A stretch of DNA of 64,000 nucleotides from positions 620,001-684,000 of the forward strand of contig JASVEC010000011.1 of NCBI GenBank assembly GCA_030770535.1, read 5' to 3'. Positions within the stretch are counted from its first letter, which is position 1. The number at the start of each line of letters is the position of its first letter. The notes under the pieces were generated by a model. It was not told the origin of the DNA. It ran no database searches and saw nothing but the letters and a program-made list of their open reading frames with translations. Positions 1 to 13,719 of this stretch are shown piece after piece. The stretch is from Batkoa obscura. Lineage: Eukaryota. The translations under genes and the position numbers were made by a program.

Positions 1-1377
1 CTCAACAAGTTCAGGCAACCTAAAAAGAAAAATCAAAAAGATATCACTCATTTTACCAAAAATAGTTACCATTGTTTAGATTCACCAACGAAGACAGCAG
101 TTGAAAGAGCCATACATCTTTGGCCAGCAGCACCGAAAGCAGCGCCAGTTAAAGCATTAAGAGTATGATTTTTATTAGCATCTGGCATAATTACACCATG
201 ATTTTTAGCACCTAAATTAGCCTAAATAATAATAAATGTGAACCAAACTTAGCTATCTATTATCTTACTTGAACTCTCTTTCCGTTTTTACTACCACGCT
301 CATGAATGTATTTTCCAGCATGGTCGGAACCAACGAAGGAGATAGCTTTGATACTTGGTTCATCACAAATAAAGTTAACAGTATCTACTGAACCATGTAC
401 AACATTTAATACACCTTTAGGGATACCAGCTTGCTCAGCTAATTCAGCTAAGATCATCATTGCTCCTGGATCTTTTTCAGATGGTTTAATGATAATAGTA
501 TTACCGGTGGCAATAGCTACTGGGAACATCTGTTGAAGTTTATAATTATTATTTTATTCCTGAGTTTAATTATATTAATTACCCATAATGGAATCATAGC
601 TGGAAAATTGAATGGACAGATACCACCAACAACACCTAACGGTTCACGTACGGTGTAGGTATCCATATCTTTAGCTACTTCAGTAATTTGTCCCAAAGTG
701 TATTCTGGTAGTCCACACATCGATTCAACGACCTCTAAATAAATAAATTTAGATAATTTTTTTATTAATAGTAAATAACTAAGCCTACGTAATCCACGTA
801 ATACATCACCTTTAGCATCTGGGAAAGTTTTTCCTTGTTCAGTAACAATGGAAGTAGCAATACGATCCTATTTAACTATATTAGTAAAAAGCAATAAATT
901 TCCAATATAATACTACCATATTGTTGCGAATAAGAGCTTGTAAGTCTAACATTTTACGTTGGCGAGATAAGACAGAGGTATTTCTCCAAGTTTTAAAAGC
1001 TTCTTTAGCAGTTGAAGCGGCATAAGCTAACTCTTCTGGAGTAGATTCTGGAACTAAAGTTAAAAGTTCTTGGGTGGCCTAAGTAAATAAGAAGTAAATA
1101 AAATAAGCGTAATATAATTAATGTCGATAATCTTACTGGATTACGAAGTTCAATCCATTTTTTAGTTTTGGATTCAACAAACTCGCCATTGATATAATTT
1201 TTAGTTACATATTTTGGTTGTTCATGATTTAAGGCGCTAACAGTGAAGTTACGTACTTTGAAAGATAACGTTTTCTTTGAGGAAAGTCTAAAAATTGTAT
1301 AAACATCCTTTCTTTATCTATAAGCATACAATGAATTACTGTGCTAACTTAAAACCTTTTAATGTATTAACGAGCAT
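1..1377 (-). CDS. ALDH6A1: Methylmalonate-semialdehyde dehydrogenase (ALDH6 family), multi-exon, 3' end runs off the window
   Basis: Spliced exons give [90 protein letters not shown] at 1377 with a basic mitochondrial-type leader. GT-AG introns. Confidence 0.95.
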
Positions 1378-2229
1378 CTTAAAAAATTACTTTTGTTATG
1401 TAACTCGAAATTTCGAAATTTATACTATCTTTTTAGCCACCTCGGTATAGCCAATCACCATCGACTATGATTCTCACCTTTCGTCAAGTAAGCTTTTAGA
1501 TATTATTCTTATCCCTTTTGTCGAGATTACTAAATTTGCTACTCAACTTACTTTTAATTTTAGTCTTTATCAGCTGATTCGGTGGAAGATTAAAGCTATG
1601 AAAAGGTAGCCAATAAATGGGTAAATAATATTTAAAACTTGACCTATCACTAGGTTTAGTTTGCTAAAAAAATACAACGTTTATTCATTGTCTATTGATA
1701 TTTATTAGGGTTCGTGTATGTTTAGGCGGTTTTCAACTAAAGAATTGAATAAAAACTTATTTGGTTTCTAATATATCTATTTTAAAGTATTTAAAAAAGG
1801 GCTAACAGCTGACCTGTTGTAATAAACAATCTTCCCGATTTTAAAGATAAACCATATTAAATATTTTCCATAAAGTTTGTTTTCCAAAATGATCCCTGAC
1901 CACTTTTCAATAATTATATCAAAGAGTTACTAGTTACGAATGTAGATTTCTGAATAAATGCTTTATCGCTGTACAGCTTTTAGCTAAAAACCTTTTGATT
2001 ATAATTATTTTTTAATAAAAACATGTTCAAAAGTAAACTTAATTTATGAATTTAATTACTTATTATACTACTACTCGTATAAACTATAAAAGTGATGAAT
2101 AAAATTAAATACTACTTAACAACTTATTAAAATAAAGGATATTTTTTTCAGATTTCAGTTTTAATGTCTATAAAGAAACTGACTAAGTGTATTACAATTA
2201 TAAATTAACCATTGTCACACTGTAAACTT

Positions 2230-5200
2230 TTAAACAATCTCAAGAATCTTTTTGAGTTTAACGATAAGTACCCATTCCTCTTTGCTTACATCATCACGGA
2301 AAGTTTCCTTTAATACATCAATCGATTTACGTGTAATATGAGAGTAAAACTCATCCTTCTCAGTAAAGTGACGACCAAATAATTTAGGAGTTTCATTGAT
2401 TCCAGACTCTATCTTTACAGCTACACCAGCACCTGCCATACCTCGTTTAACTATATCAACTGGCTTATGATTCGATTCAATACCAGTAACAGTACCTAGA
2501 TTTATTACTTCTCTCTTCTTAGTTGTTGGGTCAAAGTGAACCACACAGATTGGGGTTCCAACTCTTAAAGCACCTTCTGTGACATCGGCACCAAAGATAA
2601 TTGGATCACGTCTAGAGAAGATGGCACCTGGTACCATTTTAAGGACACAAGGGAAGATAGCATCAGATGCTTGATCTTTACGTTTTTGCTCTCTAATCGA
2701 TTTAGAGTACTCTGTAAACTTATCGAACAAATGATAAATGATATCAGCCTTAAATATTTTGACGCCTAGTTGTTCAGCAATAGCATTAGCATCTTTATCA
2801 ACCTCAACATCGAAAGCTAAAAGTACTGCATACTCCCTAGCTTTTTCTAACATCGTAGAGCATCTAATAACATCCCTCTTATAAACTGGACCAATATTAA
2901 TCCCCGAAACTGGAATCTTGGATACCCTTAAGAACTCTAAAAGAGCTTCTAATGAACCTAAAGTACTCGCTTGTACGCTTACACCACGACCAGAAGTATC
3001 AATAGATTTTAATAAAGTTTGAAGATCTTCCATAACTTCATCCATTAAATCTTCCTCATCATCATCAGGTCCAACTACAAGTAATCGAGAACCAGCAATA
3101 GCTTTTTCAAGATCTGGAGCAGAAATCTTAACACCAAGAGCTGCCTTGACACGTTTATGATGTACATAAGAAGATTTAACTCTTAACTCTTTAAGAGGTT
3201 GGGGCGTAAGAAGTGCTCTTACTTGTGTAACAATAGGTCCGTTCAAACCACAAACAACAATACGATCACCTTCATTCAAATAACCATTAGAAAGCACTAC
3301 ATCAATAGTTGTACCAAGACCTTCGATTACTTTAACTTCCAAAACAGTACATTCAAGTTCAGAAACGTACATTAATTTATCAGTTAATCTGGTTTGTGTT
3401 AAAGTGACTAAGAGATCAAGAATATCTGGTATACCTTCACCAGTAATAGCTGAAGTAGGTACAAACGATACATATTTGGCGAAATTCTTATTTTCGTAAT
3501 AAAGTTTAGCATTAAGACCTTGTTCAGCAAAAGCTAAAACGGTCTTTTCAACTCTTGTATCAAATTCTTCTTTAACACTCTTGGTTTGCTTAGATAAAGA
3601 ATCTAAAAAGCCGTTGTTTGGAATTGGTTTCCATCCATAGATACGATCAATTTTGTTAAGTGCAACAATGAATGGTGTTTTACGTTGTCTTAATAAACGA
3701 ATAGATTCAAGGGTTTGGGGTTCGAGCCCGTGCATAATATCTACAACCAATATAGCAATATTACAAAGGGAGGAACCTCTAGAACGAAGATTGGTGAAAG
3801 ATTCGTGACCAGGGGTATCAATAACTAAAAGACCAGGTAATTTATAATCGGCTATACTATTGTTTTTAAGAATTTCAGTCTTTTGTTTGATATTTTCAAT
3901 TGGGAAGTAAGTAGCACCAATTTGTTGAGTAATACCACCAGCTTCACCTTCTTGGACATTGGTTTGTCTAATTTTATCCAAAAGTTTGGTTTTACCAGTA
4001 TCTACATGACCAAGAATACATGCAATGGGTGAACGTAAATCATCCTTTGATCTAGCTGCCATGGCCTCCTCAATTCTTTTATGACGACGCTCTGATGCTT
4101 GTTTCTTTTTTTGAAGTGCAAGTTTCTTAGCATGACTTAATTCCTCACTGCTATCATCTGAATCATCATCTGAATCATCATCTGAATCATCCTCTGAGTC
4201 TTCATCTTCTTCATCTTCATCTTTATTTTTAGATTCTGGAGCTTTAGTAGCAGGAGCAGCTTTACTATTAGTTTTAGGAGCTTCAGCTTTCTTTTCTTTT
4301 TCTTTTTCTTTTTCTTTTTCTTTCTCTTTCTCTTTCTCTTTCTCTTTTTCTTTTTCTTTCTCTTTTTCTTCTTCCTCCTCGGAATGGTCTTCCCAACTTT
4401 CCTTAACTTCTTCCTTCTCTTCTTCTTCAGAGTCTTCCCAGCTATCTTTAATTCCTTCGAGCTCTTCTTTGTCTTCTTTAACTTCTTCATTAACTTTTTC
4501 TTTAACTTCTTCTCTAACTTTTTCTTTAACTTTTTCTTTAACTTTTTCTTTAACTTTTTCTTTAACTTTTTCTTTAACTTCTTCTTTAACAGCAACTTTA
4601 GGGGCTTCTGCAACCTTACCATGCTTCTTGACTGTTTTGGTTTCAGCTATAGTTGGACTAGGGGCGGTTGTATCTTCTTTCTTCTTATTATTTTTCTTTT
4701 TTGAACTATAAACGATACGTTTTGGTTTATTATCCACAGCTTCATCAATCTTATCATCAGAAGTAGAAGCTAAAACGGAAGAAGAGATCATACCACTTTT
4801 AATCAAAGCTTCTCTCTTAAGATCAGCTTTCCTCTTAGCTTCCTTTTGTGCTTTAGTTAAGAGTTTACCCTCTTTACGTAATTGTTCACGCTTTTCAGCG
4901 TCCTTTTGCTTCTTAGCAAGCCTAGCTTCCTCCTTCAACCGTTCTTCTTCAGCAATACGTTTCTCTTCTTCTTCTATTCTCTTCTTTTCCTCCTCTTCAA
5001 GACGACGTATTTCCTCTTCTAATGCTTTGGTTTCTTCCATCTTTTTCTTAAGAGCTGCAATAACTCCACCTGGACCTTTCTTTTTACCTTTACCTTTACC
5101 TTTAGAAATTTCTTCCACTTGTTCAACTGGTGCCTCTTCAGCACCAAGATTCTCTTCAGCTTCAGCCTTTTTCCTTTCAGCTTCAGCTTTCTTTTTTTCA

Positions 5201-6182
5201 GCTTTCTGACGCTCCTTTCTTTCCTTTTCCTTTTGTTTGGCAGATTTAATTTTAGGTGCGGAATCCTCTTCAATGTCAACATTTTGAGCTTTAACTGGTT
5301 CCTCTTTAGTCTTGACTGGGTCATCTTCAGCTGGTGCAGCGTCTTCAGCACCTAAATCAGTATAAAGATCCTCTTCTAAATCATAAGCTTGCTTCTTCTT
5401 TCCCTTTCCTTTTCCTTTCTTTGAGGCTTCGACCGAAGCAACTGGAGCTACCGAGTCATCCTCGATAAGGGCAGCTAAGGCATCTAAGTCATTATCCTTC
5501 TTATTTTTCTTTTTCTTGCCTTTTCCAACTGAAGGAGCTGGAACGGATGAATCTTCAATCAAAGCAGCTAAAGCATCAAGCTCATCATCCTTCTTTTTAT
5601 CTTTTTTACCTTTTTTGCCACCTTTTTGGGTTGTAACTGGAACAGATATATCTTCGACTTCTTCTTTATCTTCTTCTTCAGCAACTTCGTCCTCTAAAGC
5701 ATCAAAGGAGATTTGTTGTTTACCTTTACCCTTTTTAGGTTTCACAGGGGCCTCATCAACATCCATGTCTTCTAAAGCATCAAATGAAAAAGTACTGGAC
5801 TTCTTTGAACCCTTACCCTTCTTTTTTGATACTGGAGCATTAAAAGAATCAGCTTCTTCGTCCGATAAGTTTGCTAAAGTTAAGATATCTGGGGCATCAG
5901 CATTGTCATCAAAAGCGGCGTTCTTCTTTTTGGATTTTTTATCCTTCTTTTTAACACTCTTGGAAATCATTGACATTAAACCACCTTCTTCTTCTTCACC
6001 AAGAAGTGCTAAAAGGTTTGTTTTTTTATTGTCATCTAGCTCTTCTTTTTGGTCAAGAGCAGTAAGGTCAGTATCGATTTCTGGACCATCCCTAAAAAAT
6101 AGTTAGTTAATATACAATAAATAAGGAATTGTAATTACCAGTAATCATCTTGTTGTTTTTTTCCACCTTTCTTTTTACCCAT
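2230..6182 (-). CDS. FUN12: Translation initiation factor eIF5B
   Basis: [28 protein letters not shown] and NKID GTPase motifs after a long K/E/D-rich N-terminus. Short first exon ([17 protein letters not shown] 6182) and an intron at ~6092-6138 extend the 1248-aa ORF. Confidence 0.97.
4280..4590. repeat. Coding micro/minisatellites in eIF5B: (KE)n 6-bp repeat and (KEKV)n 12-bp repeat
   Basis: TTTCTC/TTTTTC run at ~4290-4370 and TTTTTCTTTAAC tandem units at ~4490-4590. Confidence 0.9.
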
Positions 6183-6500
6183 TTTTAATGTAAAGTTAAA
6201 TTATCTTAAACTATAATTTTTTAATTTTTATTTGATTCTTATTGTAAGAATAAGAATAAAAAGCAAAAATTAAAAATTGGGGTAGCTGCGTATTAATGAT
6301 GAGAAAAACAACTGCGAATTTTGTTTTGCAGAAGTTGGAATTTCTTTTGGGTAACAATTTCATTAATTTTATTTGGGAATGCTACTCTGGATGTTTTCGA
6401 TTTTAAATAAGGATAACCTTAATATTTAAAATTTAAATATTTTAATTTACTATAAACTGTAATATTTTATTAAAAATGAAAGCAGTCCAATTGTATATAT

Positions 6501-6599
6501 GAGGGTGTTTTTTTTGGTTTCATTATTTTTTCCATTCTTTAAGCGCTATTTGAGCGGAAAAATTGTTAGTAAAATTCTTAAACAAAAAAATACATCCCC
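6501..6599 (+). mobile_element. ~99-bp MITE family copy 1
   Basis: GAGGGTGTTTTT...AAAAATACATCCCC termini, flanked by ATAT/ATAT. Confidence 0.9.
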
Positions 6600-7152
6600 A
6601 TATAAAAAATAATAACTAGTTATAAATTTCATGATGGTAAAGAAGTCAACTAAATCCTATAAACAATCTTATAAAGGATAACTAAAAAATGAATAATTGT
6701 TATTTTGTAAAATTTATTTCATAATGTTTCAAATCATTTTTTTAGACGGATATGCTCTTAATACCTATTGACATATGTTGCTTTTGTATACCATTATAAA
6801 GTGATAAATATAACATTATTGTAATTTTATTAGTACTATAATAGAAAATGAAAGTTTACAAATATCTATTAAGATAAATCTATTAGTTATTGCAGATTTA
6901 AATAATAAAATTTGTTAAAACTTCTAATTTTATATCACTTTTGATTTCACAATGATAGAGCAAATTCAAGAATGGAAGTCTCAAATTTAAAACGCGAAAT
7001 CCAAATATTTCGATTTTAAATTAAATAAAGTCTTAATTTTCCAAAGAATTAAATTGTACTCAAAAAATAATTCGGTTAAAAAGATAAGAAACTTTTATCT
7101 TTTAATTCATTTAAATTATAGAATTTTAAAAAACTTAATTAATTAAATAGAT

Positions 7153-8757
7153 ATGGATGAGACACTAAAAACAGTACCATTGCCCTTAGATGATACTACC
7201 AAAATTGTTATCTGGGTATTATGTTTAGGTGGTGTAGTATTATTTGCTTTATTTGCTGTCGTATGCACTTATATTTATCAACGTAAAAAACCGGAACTTA
7301 TCAATGAGTTGGAGTTCTTTTTAACTGCAAGAAACACTCAACCCACGATTCGAGTAGCATGGAGTTTTGTTGCTGGTGTATTAGGTGCTTGGATCTTAGC
7401 TGGTCCACCAGGTTATGCAGTCACTGCAGGTGTAATTGGTTTAATATTTTATGCTTTAGCTTCTGGTTTACCAGTTTTATTACTTGCTTTTGTTGGTAAC
7501 AAAATACAAAAGAAATTACCCAATGTAATTTCTTTCTGTGATTATGTTCATTATCGTTTTGGTCTCATACCTCAAATCTATGTCGTGATTATTATGTTAC
7601 TTAATATGGGTATTGGTTTAACTGCTGAATATACTGCTGTAGGTGGTATCTTTGAAAATATATTAGGTATCAATCGTATCCCAATTTTAGTTACTGTTGG
7701 TGTATTAACTATGGTTTATACTGCTTATGGTGGCCTTTATGTTTCTATTATTACAGATCAAGGACAAGCTATTTTCGCTTCTTTGTTATTAATAGTATTA
7801 TCAATTTATGTCGGTGCTACTTTTAGACCTGAATTGGGGCCACTACCCGATTTCCTTCAGCCTACATATACTGGATTTTCATCGATTGCAGCTATGCCAA
7901 TATCCTTATTTTGTGCAACTGTTTATTCAGAAGCACCATGGCAACGTATTTGGGCTTCAGAGAATCCACAAGCTCTTAAAACTGGAGCTGCATTAGCTAG
8001 TTTTATTATTTTTGTTTTCGTTTTCGTATTTGGATTATTTGGCTTTTTAGCTGCATGGGCAGGTTATCCCACAGATGATCCAAATCTTTTAGTTTTTTCT
8101 TTATTAGCTCGTGGTGAAAAAGTAGCCCCTTCTTGGATCATTGTGATAATGGCCTTACTAATTATTACTATGAATGAATCTGCTGTTGACAGTTTCCAAA
8201 ATGCTTTGGTAGATACTATTTCTACTATGGTATTAAGAAACCGCTCAGTTAATTGGGCTCGTGGATTAGTAGTTCTTATTAATATTCCAATTATTATAGT
8301 TTCATTACAAAATTATCCTGTTATTAATTTATTTTTAATTGGTAATGTTATTACTTCCACTTCAGCCTTACCCATGTTATTAGGTTTATGGGATGGAGGA
8401 TATAATATTGTTACTGGAGCTTCAGTTGTATTTGGTAGTTTATTTTCTTTAATTTCAGTTATGGTTTATGGTATTATTACAATGGAGGGGGATGCCAACA
8501 AAGGACTCAATTTTGTATTTTTCGAATCCTACGATTATCCTACTTTCTTAATTGCTACTGGGTTTTCTATAATCGGTGTAGCCCTCTGGGTAGCTGCTGT
8601 AAAAGTGATTGAGCTTTTAGGTATTCGTACCGTATATTTGCCAGGGTTTAAACCAGGTTATTTAAACACTACAAATGATGCATTTGATAACACTGATCCA
8701 CTTGCTATCAATTCTCATTCTCATACTCCTAAATCAAACGACAGTAGAAATTATTAA
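7153..8757 (+). CDS. Sodium:solute symporter family transporter (DUR3/DUR31-like urea/polyamine transporter)
   Basis: 534 aa, intronless, many hydrophobic helices. Motifs EFFLTARN, YVHYRFG, YTAYGGLYVSIITDQGQ and PWQRIWA are typical of SSS/DUR3 proteins. Confidence 0.85.
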   Translation: MDETLKTVPLPLDDTTKIVIWVLCLGGVVLFALFAVVCTYIYQRKKPELINELEFFLTARNTQPTIRVAWSFVAGVLGAWILAGPPGYAVTAGVIGLIFYALASGLPVLLLAFVGNKIQKKLPNVISFCDYVHYRFGLIPQIYVVIIMLLNMGIGLTAEYTAVGGIFENILGINRIPILVTVGVLTMVYTAYGGLYVSIITDQGQAIFASLLLIVLSIYVGATFRPELGPLPDFLQPTYTGFSSIAAMPISLFCATVYSEAPWQRIWASENPQALKTGAALASFIIFVFVFVFGLFGFLAAWAGYPTDDPNLLVFSLLARGEKVAPSWIIVIMALLIITMNESAVDSFQNALVDTISTMVLRNRSVNWARGLVVLINIPIIIVSLQNYPVINLFLIGNVITSTSALPMLLGLWDGGYNIVTGASVVFGSLFSLISVMVYGIITMEGDANKGLNFVFFESYDYPTFLIATGFSIIGVALWVAAVKVIELLGIRTVYLPGFKPGYLNTTNDAFDNTDPLAINSHSHTPKSNDSRNY

Positions 8758-9639
8758 GTTAAGATACTCTATGCTTTAGAATAAACTTAATTTTATATTC
8801 AATTATTACTATGTGTTATTATTTTAGATTTATTTATTCATTTAGGATTATTGCGATAATTATTATAAGTTAAAGTATGTTACACTTCAGTTAAACTATT
8901 TTTTAGAAACTATATGTCTGGGACGATGTTTATAAATGTACTAAAATAAATATAAGTTATAGAAATTTCAGTCTAAAGCCACTACAAGTAGTAGTAGGAT
9001 CAAAGGACTCGTCCTTCGGAAGCTCACAACCCTTCTTAAATTATTTTAATCTGAAGGAGGAAAGAGGAAACTCCTTAACTAGGAAAGGTTTTCACTCAGA
9101 AATAAAGTGGAATAAGATGGGGATAGGTTTTTATACTAACTAATAAATAAAAGTTGGCATAATTCACTAAAATATGAGATGCTTTATTACAGATAGACTA
9201 AACTTAAGGATATAACGAAAAACGATAGGATGGTAAACCAATATTCAAAATTATTTATGTTTTTTTTCTTTTTATAATATTTTGACAAGTGTTAAATAAA
9301 AATATTACTTTAAATCACATAAATAATTTTTATATTAAATTACTTTTTAGGTTATATTTTAAATATATTAAGCAAATATGAATAAGATATTGGCATTTAA
9401 AACTAAGATATACGCTGTCCACAGAATAATTTGTTTAGTATACTATTTAAACATTTTCTAAAAGACCTTGGGCTCATAATAAATAGATATTTTATTAGAT
9501 AAAGACAAGTTTACAAAATAGGTTAGAGTGTCATTTGGTAGGAGCCTTGATGCCTTAAATACTGAATCTTAGTCTTTTGATCCCACAAAAAATACCGTCT
9601 TTCCGGTTTATTCATCATTCAACATATAGATGGGGTGCA

Positions 9640-9890
9640 AGTAAGTCGGAAGCAACATTTTCTGAAGAAAATTCATAATGTACATAGTAAATCGTTTAGA
9701 GAATAGGCCTTAAGAAACTGGAACCAAAGATAGGTTTGGATTCATTTAATAGAAGTTTTAGGTGAGAAGCAAAAAAAGGAAAAATGGTCAATGCTGCAGG
9801 CGATTAGATCGAATATTGCTTTAGACTATAGGTTTAATGCACAAGAATAGCTGAAGAATCAGTGGAATATTCTTTTAAAATTTAATACAA
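9640..9890 (+). pseudogene. Decayed coding fragment, possibly the 3' end of a non-LTR retrotransposon ORF2
   Basis: One frame reads QHFLKKIHNVHSKSFRE*ALRNWNQR*VWIHLIEVLGEKQKKEKWSMLQAIRSNIALDYRFNAQE*LKNQW. Trp-rich with TAG stops, GC above the flanks. Confidence 0.25.
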
Positions 9891-10081
9891 TTAAGTATTG
9901 CAACTTTATCAATGAACTCAAAGTTGAAATTAATTCAAGCCCAGAGAGAAATCAAAAAAGGAGAGCTTCTCAGATAGGATGACTACTGATAAAATATATG
10001 AAAGACTAAATCTAGTCACCAATTTATCTATAATGCTACAAGTATTATTAAATTATTGCTGTTAGTTTAAAATTAAAATAT

Positions 10082-10103
10082 AAGGATGTATTTTTGTGTT
10101 TAA
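10082..10103 (-). mobile_element. Isolated terminal fragment of the 99-bp MITE
   Basis: ATAT followed by AAGGATGTATTTTTGTGTTTAA, matching the reverse complement of the right terminus. Confidence 0.6.
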
Positions 10104-10340
10104 ATAAGTTAGAGTCAGAGTTGTTAGGGAAAGTATTAGATATTAAGCAAACGCATGAAAGGAATGTGAACTATTAGTTTTAGAATTATCCGACCTGTTA
10201 ATATGGTGGAAGTATAAGCCTTGATATATTTGATGGATTTAGTTATTATAACCATAGCACAATTTAAAAAATACTAAAAAATATTGTCTCTTTTATTATA
10301 TGTAAAATTACTTTTGTTAATATTATTCAAATTATCATAT

Positions 10341-10438
10341 GGGGGTGTTTTTTTGGCTACATCACTTTTTCTATCTTTTAAGTACTATTTACGCGGAAAA
10401 ATTGTTAGCAAAATTCTTAAATACAAAAATACATCCCC
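10341..10438 (+). mobile_element. 99-bp MITE copy 2
   Basis: Matches the family consensus. Flanks ATAT/AAAT. Confidence 0.9.
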
Positions 10439-10633
10439 AAATATTATAAATGAATTAGCATATAAACCGTTTTGTAGATAACGTATGTCAATTCTAAATA
10501 TCCCTATCTTTATTAATATTAATTGAAGTTTATTTAAGCTATTCTAATTAAATTAATGAGTGATTGTAATATAAAGCATATGTTAGTTACAAAGCTAAAT
10601 TTCATAATTTACTTAAAAAAATTATTAACAATT

Positions 10634-10732
10634 GGTGATGTATTTTTTTGTTCAAGAATTTTACTGATAGCTTTTCCGCTCAAATAGCGCTTAAAAGATT
10701 AAAAAAGTAATGAAACCAAGGAAACTATCTCC
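10634..10732 (-). mobile_element. 99-bp MITE copy 3
   Basis: Reverse-complement match. Flanks AATT/AATT. Confidence 0.9.
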
Positions 10733-11140
10733 AATTATTGATATTATAAAATTCTTATCTTAAGAAACTTTATATGTCTTTTAATTTTTGTATTTATTTT
10801 TAATATATATTTAACAAAGCATTTAACTTATGGTTAAAAGCTTATAATTTTTCAAAAAAAAATTATACAGGTAATCCGAAAATTCCTTTACTTTTTGCGC
10901 AATTCAAATTCCTAAAAGTATATTATTGCAGCAGTAATGCATTGTTACTCCAAAGTTGTTTATATTGTTATATATAAAAAGAATTCACTCTTGCAGCCAG
11001 AAATACTAATAAATATCAAAAATAAATAAAAGTGAAAACTTTTAAGATTATCTAACAAAGTTTATGAAAAACAATCCAAAAAAATTACATAACATATAAA
11101 AATGGACATATTATTAAAAACTATACTTTATACTATTTAT

Positions 11141-11441
11141 TATAAGTCGTCAGATTGAACTAAAAAGGAGTATTTTTCATAAAAAATAAATTTGATTTTT
11201 TACTTTTTAATTTAAACATCAACTAAAATTTAACCCTAACGTCACCCCATCCTTAATTTTATCCATAACTTATCCCTAACTTTAAATTAGCCTTAACACT
11301 CACCTTAACACTAATCTTTAACTCGCTATAATAATTACTACCAATAATAGAATTTTGTCAGAATTTTTATCTATCTTTTATAAATGAATTTTTAAATCAC
11401 AGGTTAATAGATAAGATTAACTTCAAGTTTGACGAATTATA
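11141..11441. mobile_element. Putative ~300-bp TIR element with internal degenerate telomere-like (CCCTAA-type) hexamers
   Basis: TATAAGTCGTCAGATTGAA at 11141 versus the reverse complement of 11422-11441, TATAATTCGTCAAACTTGAA. Internal TAACCCTAAC, CCCTAAC, CCTTAACACTCACCTTAACACTAA at ~11230-11325. Confidence 0.55.
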
Positions 11442-13719
11442 TAAAAAACAAGAATTCGAGCAAATTATAATAATTTTCCTTCAATCCTAGAATTTCATTA
11501 ATAGATCTTATACTTCTTAATATGTTATCAAAAAACAAAATAAAATTTTAACAAAAAAAACTTAATTATTAAATACTTCTACCAATAAATGCGGAAAATA
11601 AGAGAATATTTAAACATTTAACTTGTCTTAATATCACTTCTCTTTGTTCAATTCTTAAGTTATTATATTTCTAATGAAAACTTACTCGGAAAATAAATGA
11701 GCCTAAAGTACAAAAAAAGCTTCTACTTTATAAAATCAATAAAAATAGATTCCTTTTAATATTGAATATATATATATATTCTTTACTACTTATAGTAACT
11801 ATAATGTATGCGGCTATTTTTATTAATATTAAGTTTCAATATACAATTAAAATTACTTTAATGTTTAGTTTAACTTGTTTATTTTTAATAAATTGAAAAG
11901 TCGCTTGATAGTATAATTCAATTTTTATACAAAATACTAATAAAATTTATCCACTTATCAATCAACAATTGTTCCTTTATAATATCATTAATGTAATTTG
12001 TATAATAAAAAAGTTAGATGATGTTTTAATAAATTTTTATTAAAATTAACGTAATAAATTGACATCATTTTATAAATTAATAATTTCTACAGTAAACATC
12101 ACATAGTAATTAAATGAAATAAATTTGTTGATTTTAAACTAAGAAGTTTTGAATAACTGAAAACTTTAAATTTGTATTCAACTAATAAAAATCTATCTTT
12201 TTACCTTTATTTATAGTATAATTAATTAAGGAGAGTATGGTTTATGTTTTTAGTATATATAAAAAGTAGCTTAATTGGTGGAATTTCGGTCTATTTAATT
12301 ATGTTCCAAAAAAATAAGTATAAATTATTATTTCTTATTATTATTAATGTTGGAGAAAAAGAGGTAAGGACCAAGTTAATAAAAAGGAATAAAAGTAATT
12401 ACAAATTTAATTAGTTGATCGCGATAATAGATATTTATTTATTTATTTCTTCAATACATAATTATATATTATTAAAATGTTAATATACAATAACGATATT
12501 AACTAAACAAAAAGAGAGATGATATCAACTTCCCCAATCCTAGAGTTTCTCTAACTCTAACTCCTAGATATTTTTTAATTTTTTTCAATCTGAAACTAGG
12601 AACCTTTACTAAATTTGTAACTAAATACTTCCATTTTTCTTATTAAGAATTAGTTATTAATTTTCATTTAATTTTTCACTAAAAGAAATTTATAGTGTTT
12701 CCTTAAAATCACCCTAATTTATTCATTTAAAGATCGATATCATTGGTTCTTTTCAACAAAATTAAACCTTTTCAAAAATAACACAGTTGAAATATCAAAC
12801 TAATTCATATTATCTATAAATTAATAAATAGTAAAAAAAGGAGTTGAAAAAGTAAAAAATTTAAATAAACTTATATTAAGAGAAGCTTATTTAATATATA
12901 ATTTTATTTAAAATTCAGTTTTTTATAGTTAGTTAACTGATATCATTTATTGATGCAAGTTAATCTATTAACTATGTTACTATCAATATATTTAGTAATT
13001 TAACGTCAATTTGATTGGTTCGTGGTGAGCATTAAAAAGCCATTCAAGCAGATAACATTCAGGTTAAATTTTCTAATAATACAAAAAAATGAAGTCTTAA
13101 TTTAGAAAGACAAAGTATGATTAAAAATAAATAGAAAAATATCAATTTGAAAGTCATAAAATCAAGTAAGAAATTGAACTTAGAAAATGAAATAAAAAGA
13201 AAATTTTAATCATCAACTTGAAAAAAATTTTCTCTTAAATTAACTTCAAGTAAAAGAAAGTTAAAAAATTTTATTAAAAAAACATCGTGTTTCTTTATAG
13301 ACCATCTGCTCCTTTTTAGGTTTGCTTTTGGAAAGAGATTTTAAAGGGTTCAACTACCGTTCATCAATTTAGACTTGTTTTATATCACTTAAAGCGTTCA
13401 TCTACCTAACAAACAAAGTATTTTTTTAATCCTTATTGACTTTATCTTCAGCTTATCACCTTATCCTTTGTTTCTTTTATTTCAGTATGCAGCTTAAGCT
13501 TTAAATCAGCTTCCCCTGCGTATCGTTTTATATTCGTATTGGTTAATTTTTACTTTTAAGTGTTTTCTTTCAAATTCACTTGAAGGTGTATCATCACTTT
13601 AAGCTTTTATAATATCAATTTATCTTCTCCAACAACTTTCTTTTAAAAGAAAAACTCTCAATTTCTCCTAAATCTCATTTACCCTTTAATTATCCTTAGT
13701 TTAATTAAATAAATTTGCC

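Noticed and set aside
4137..6106. Overlapping K/L/F/S-rich ORFs
   Set aside because: Alternate-frame and antisense shadows of the low-complexity eIF5B N-terminus
10284..10481. Short ORFs sharing YL.GKIVSKI.K (also 25101 and 50358; 38465 also starts within a MITE)
   Set aside because: Chance frames through MITE copies, mostly with non-ATG starts
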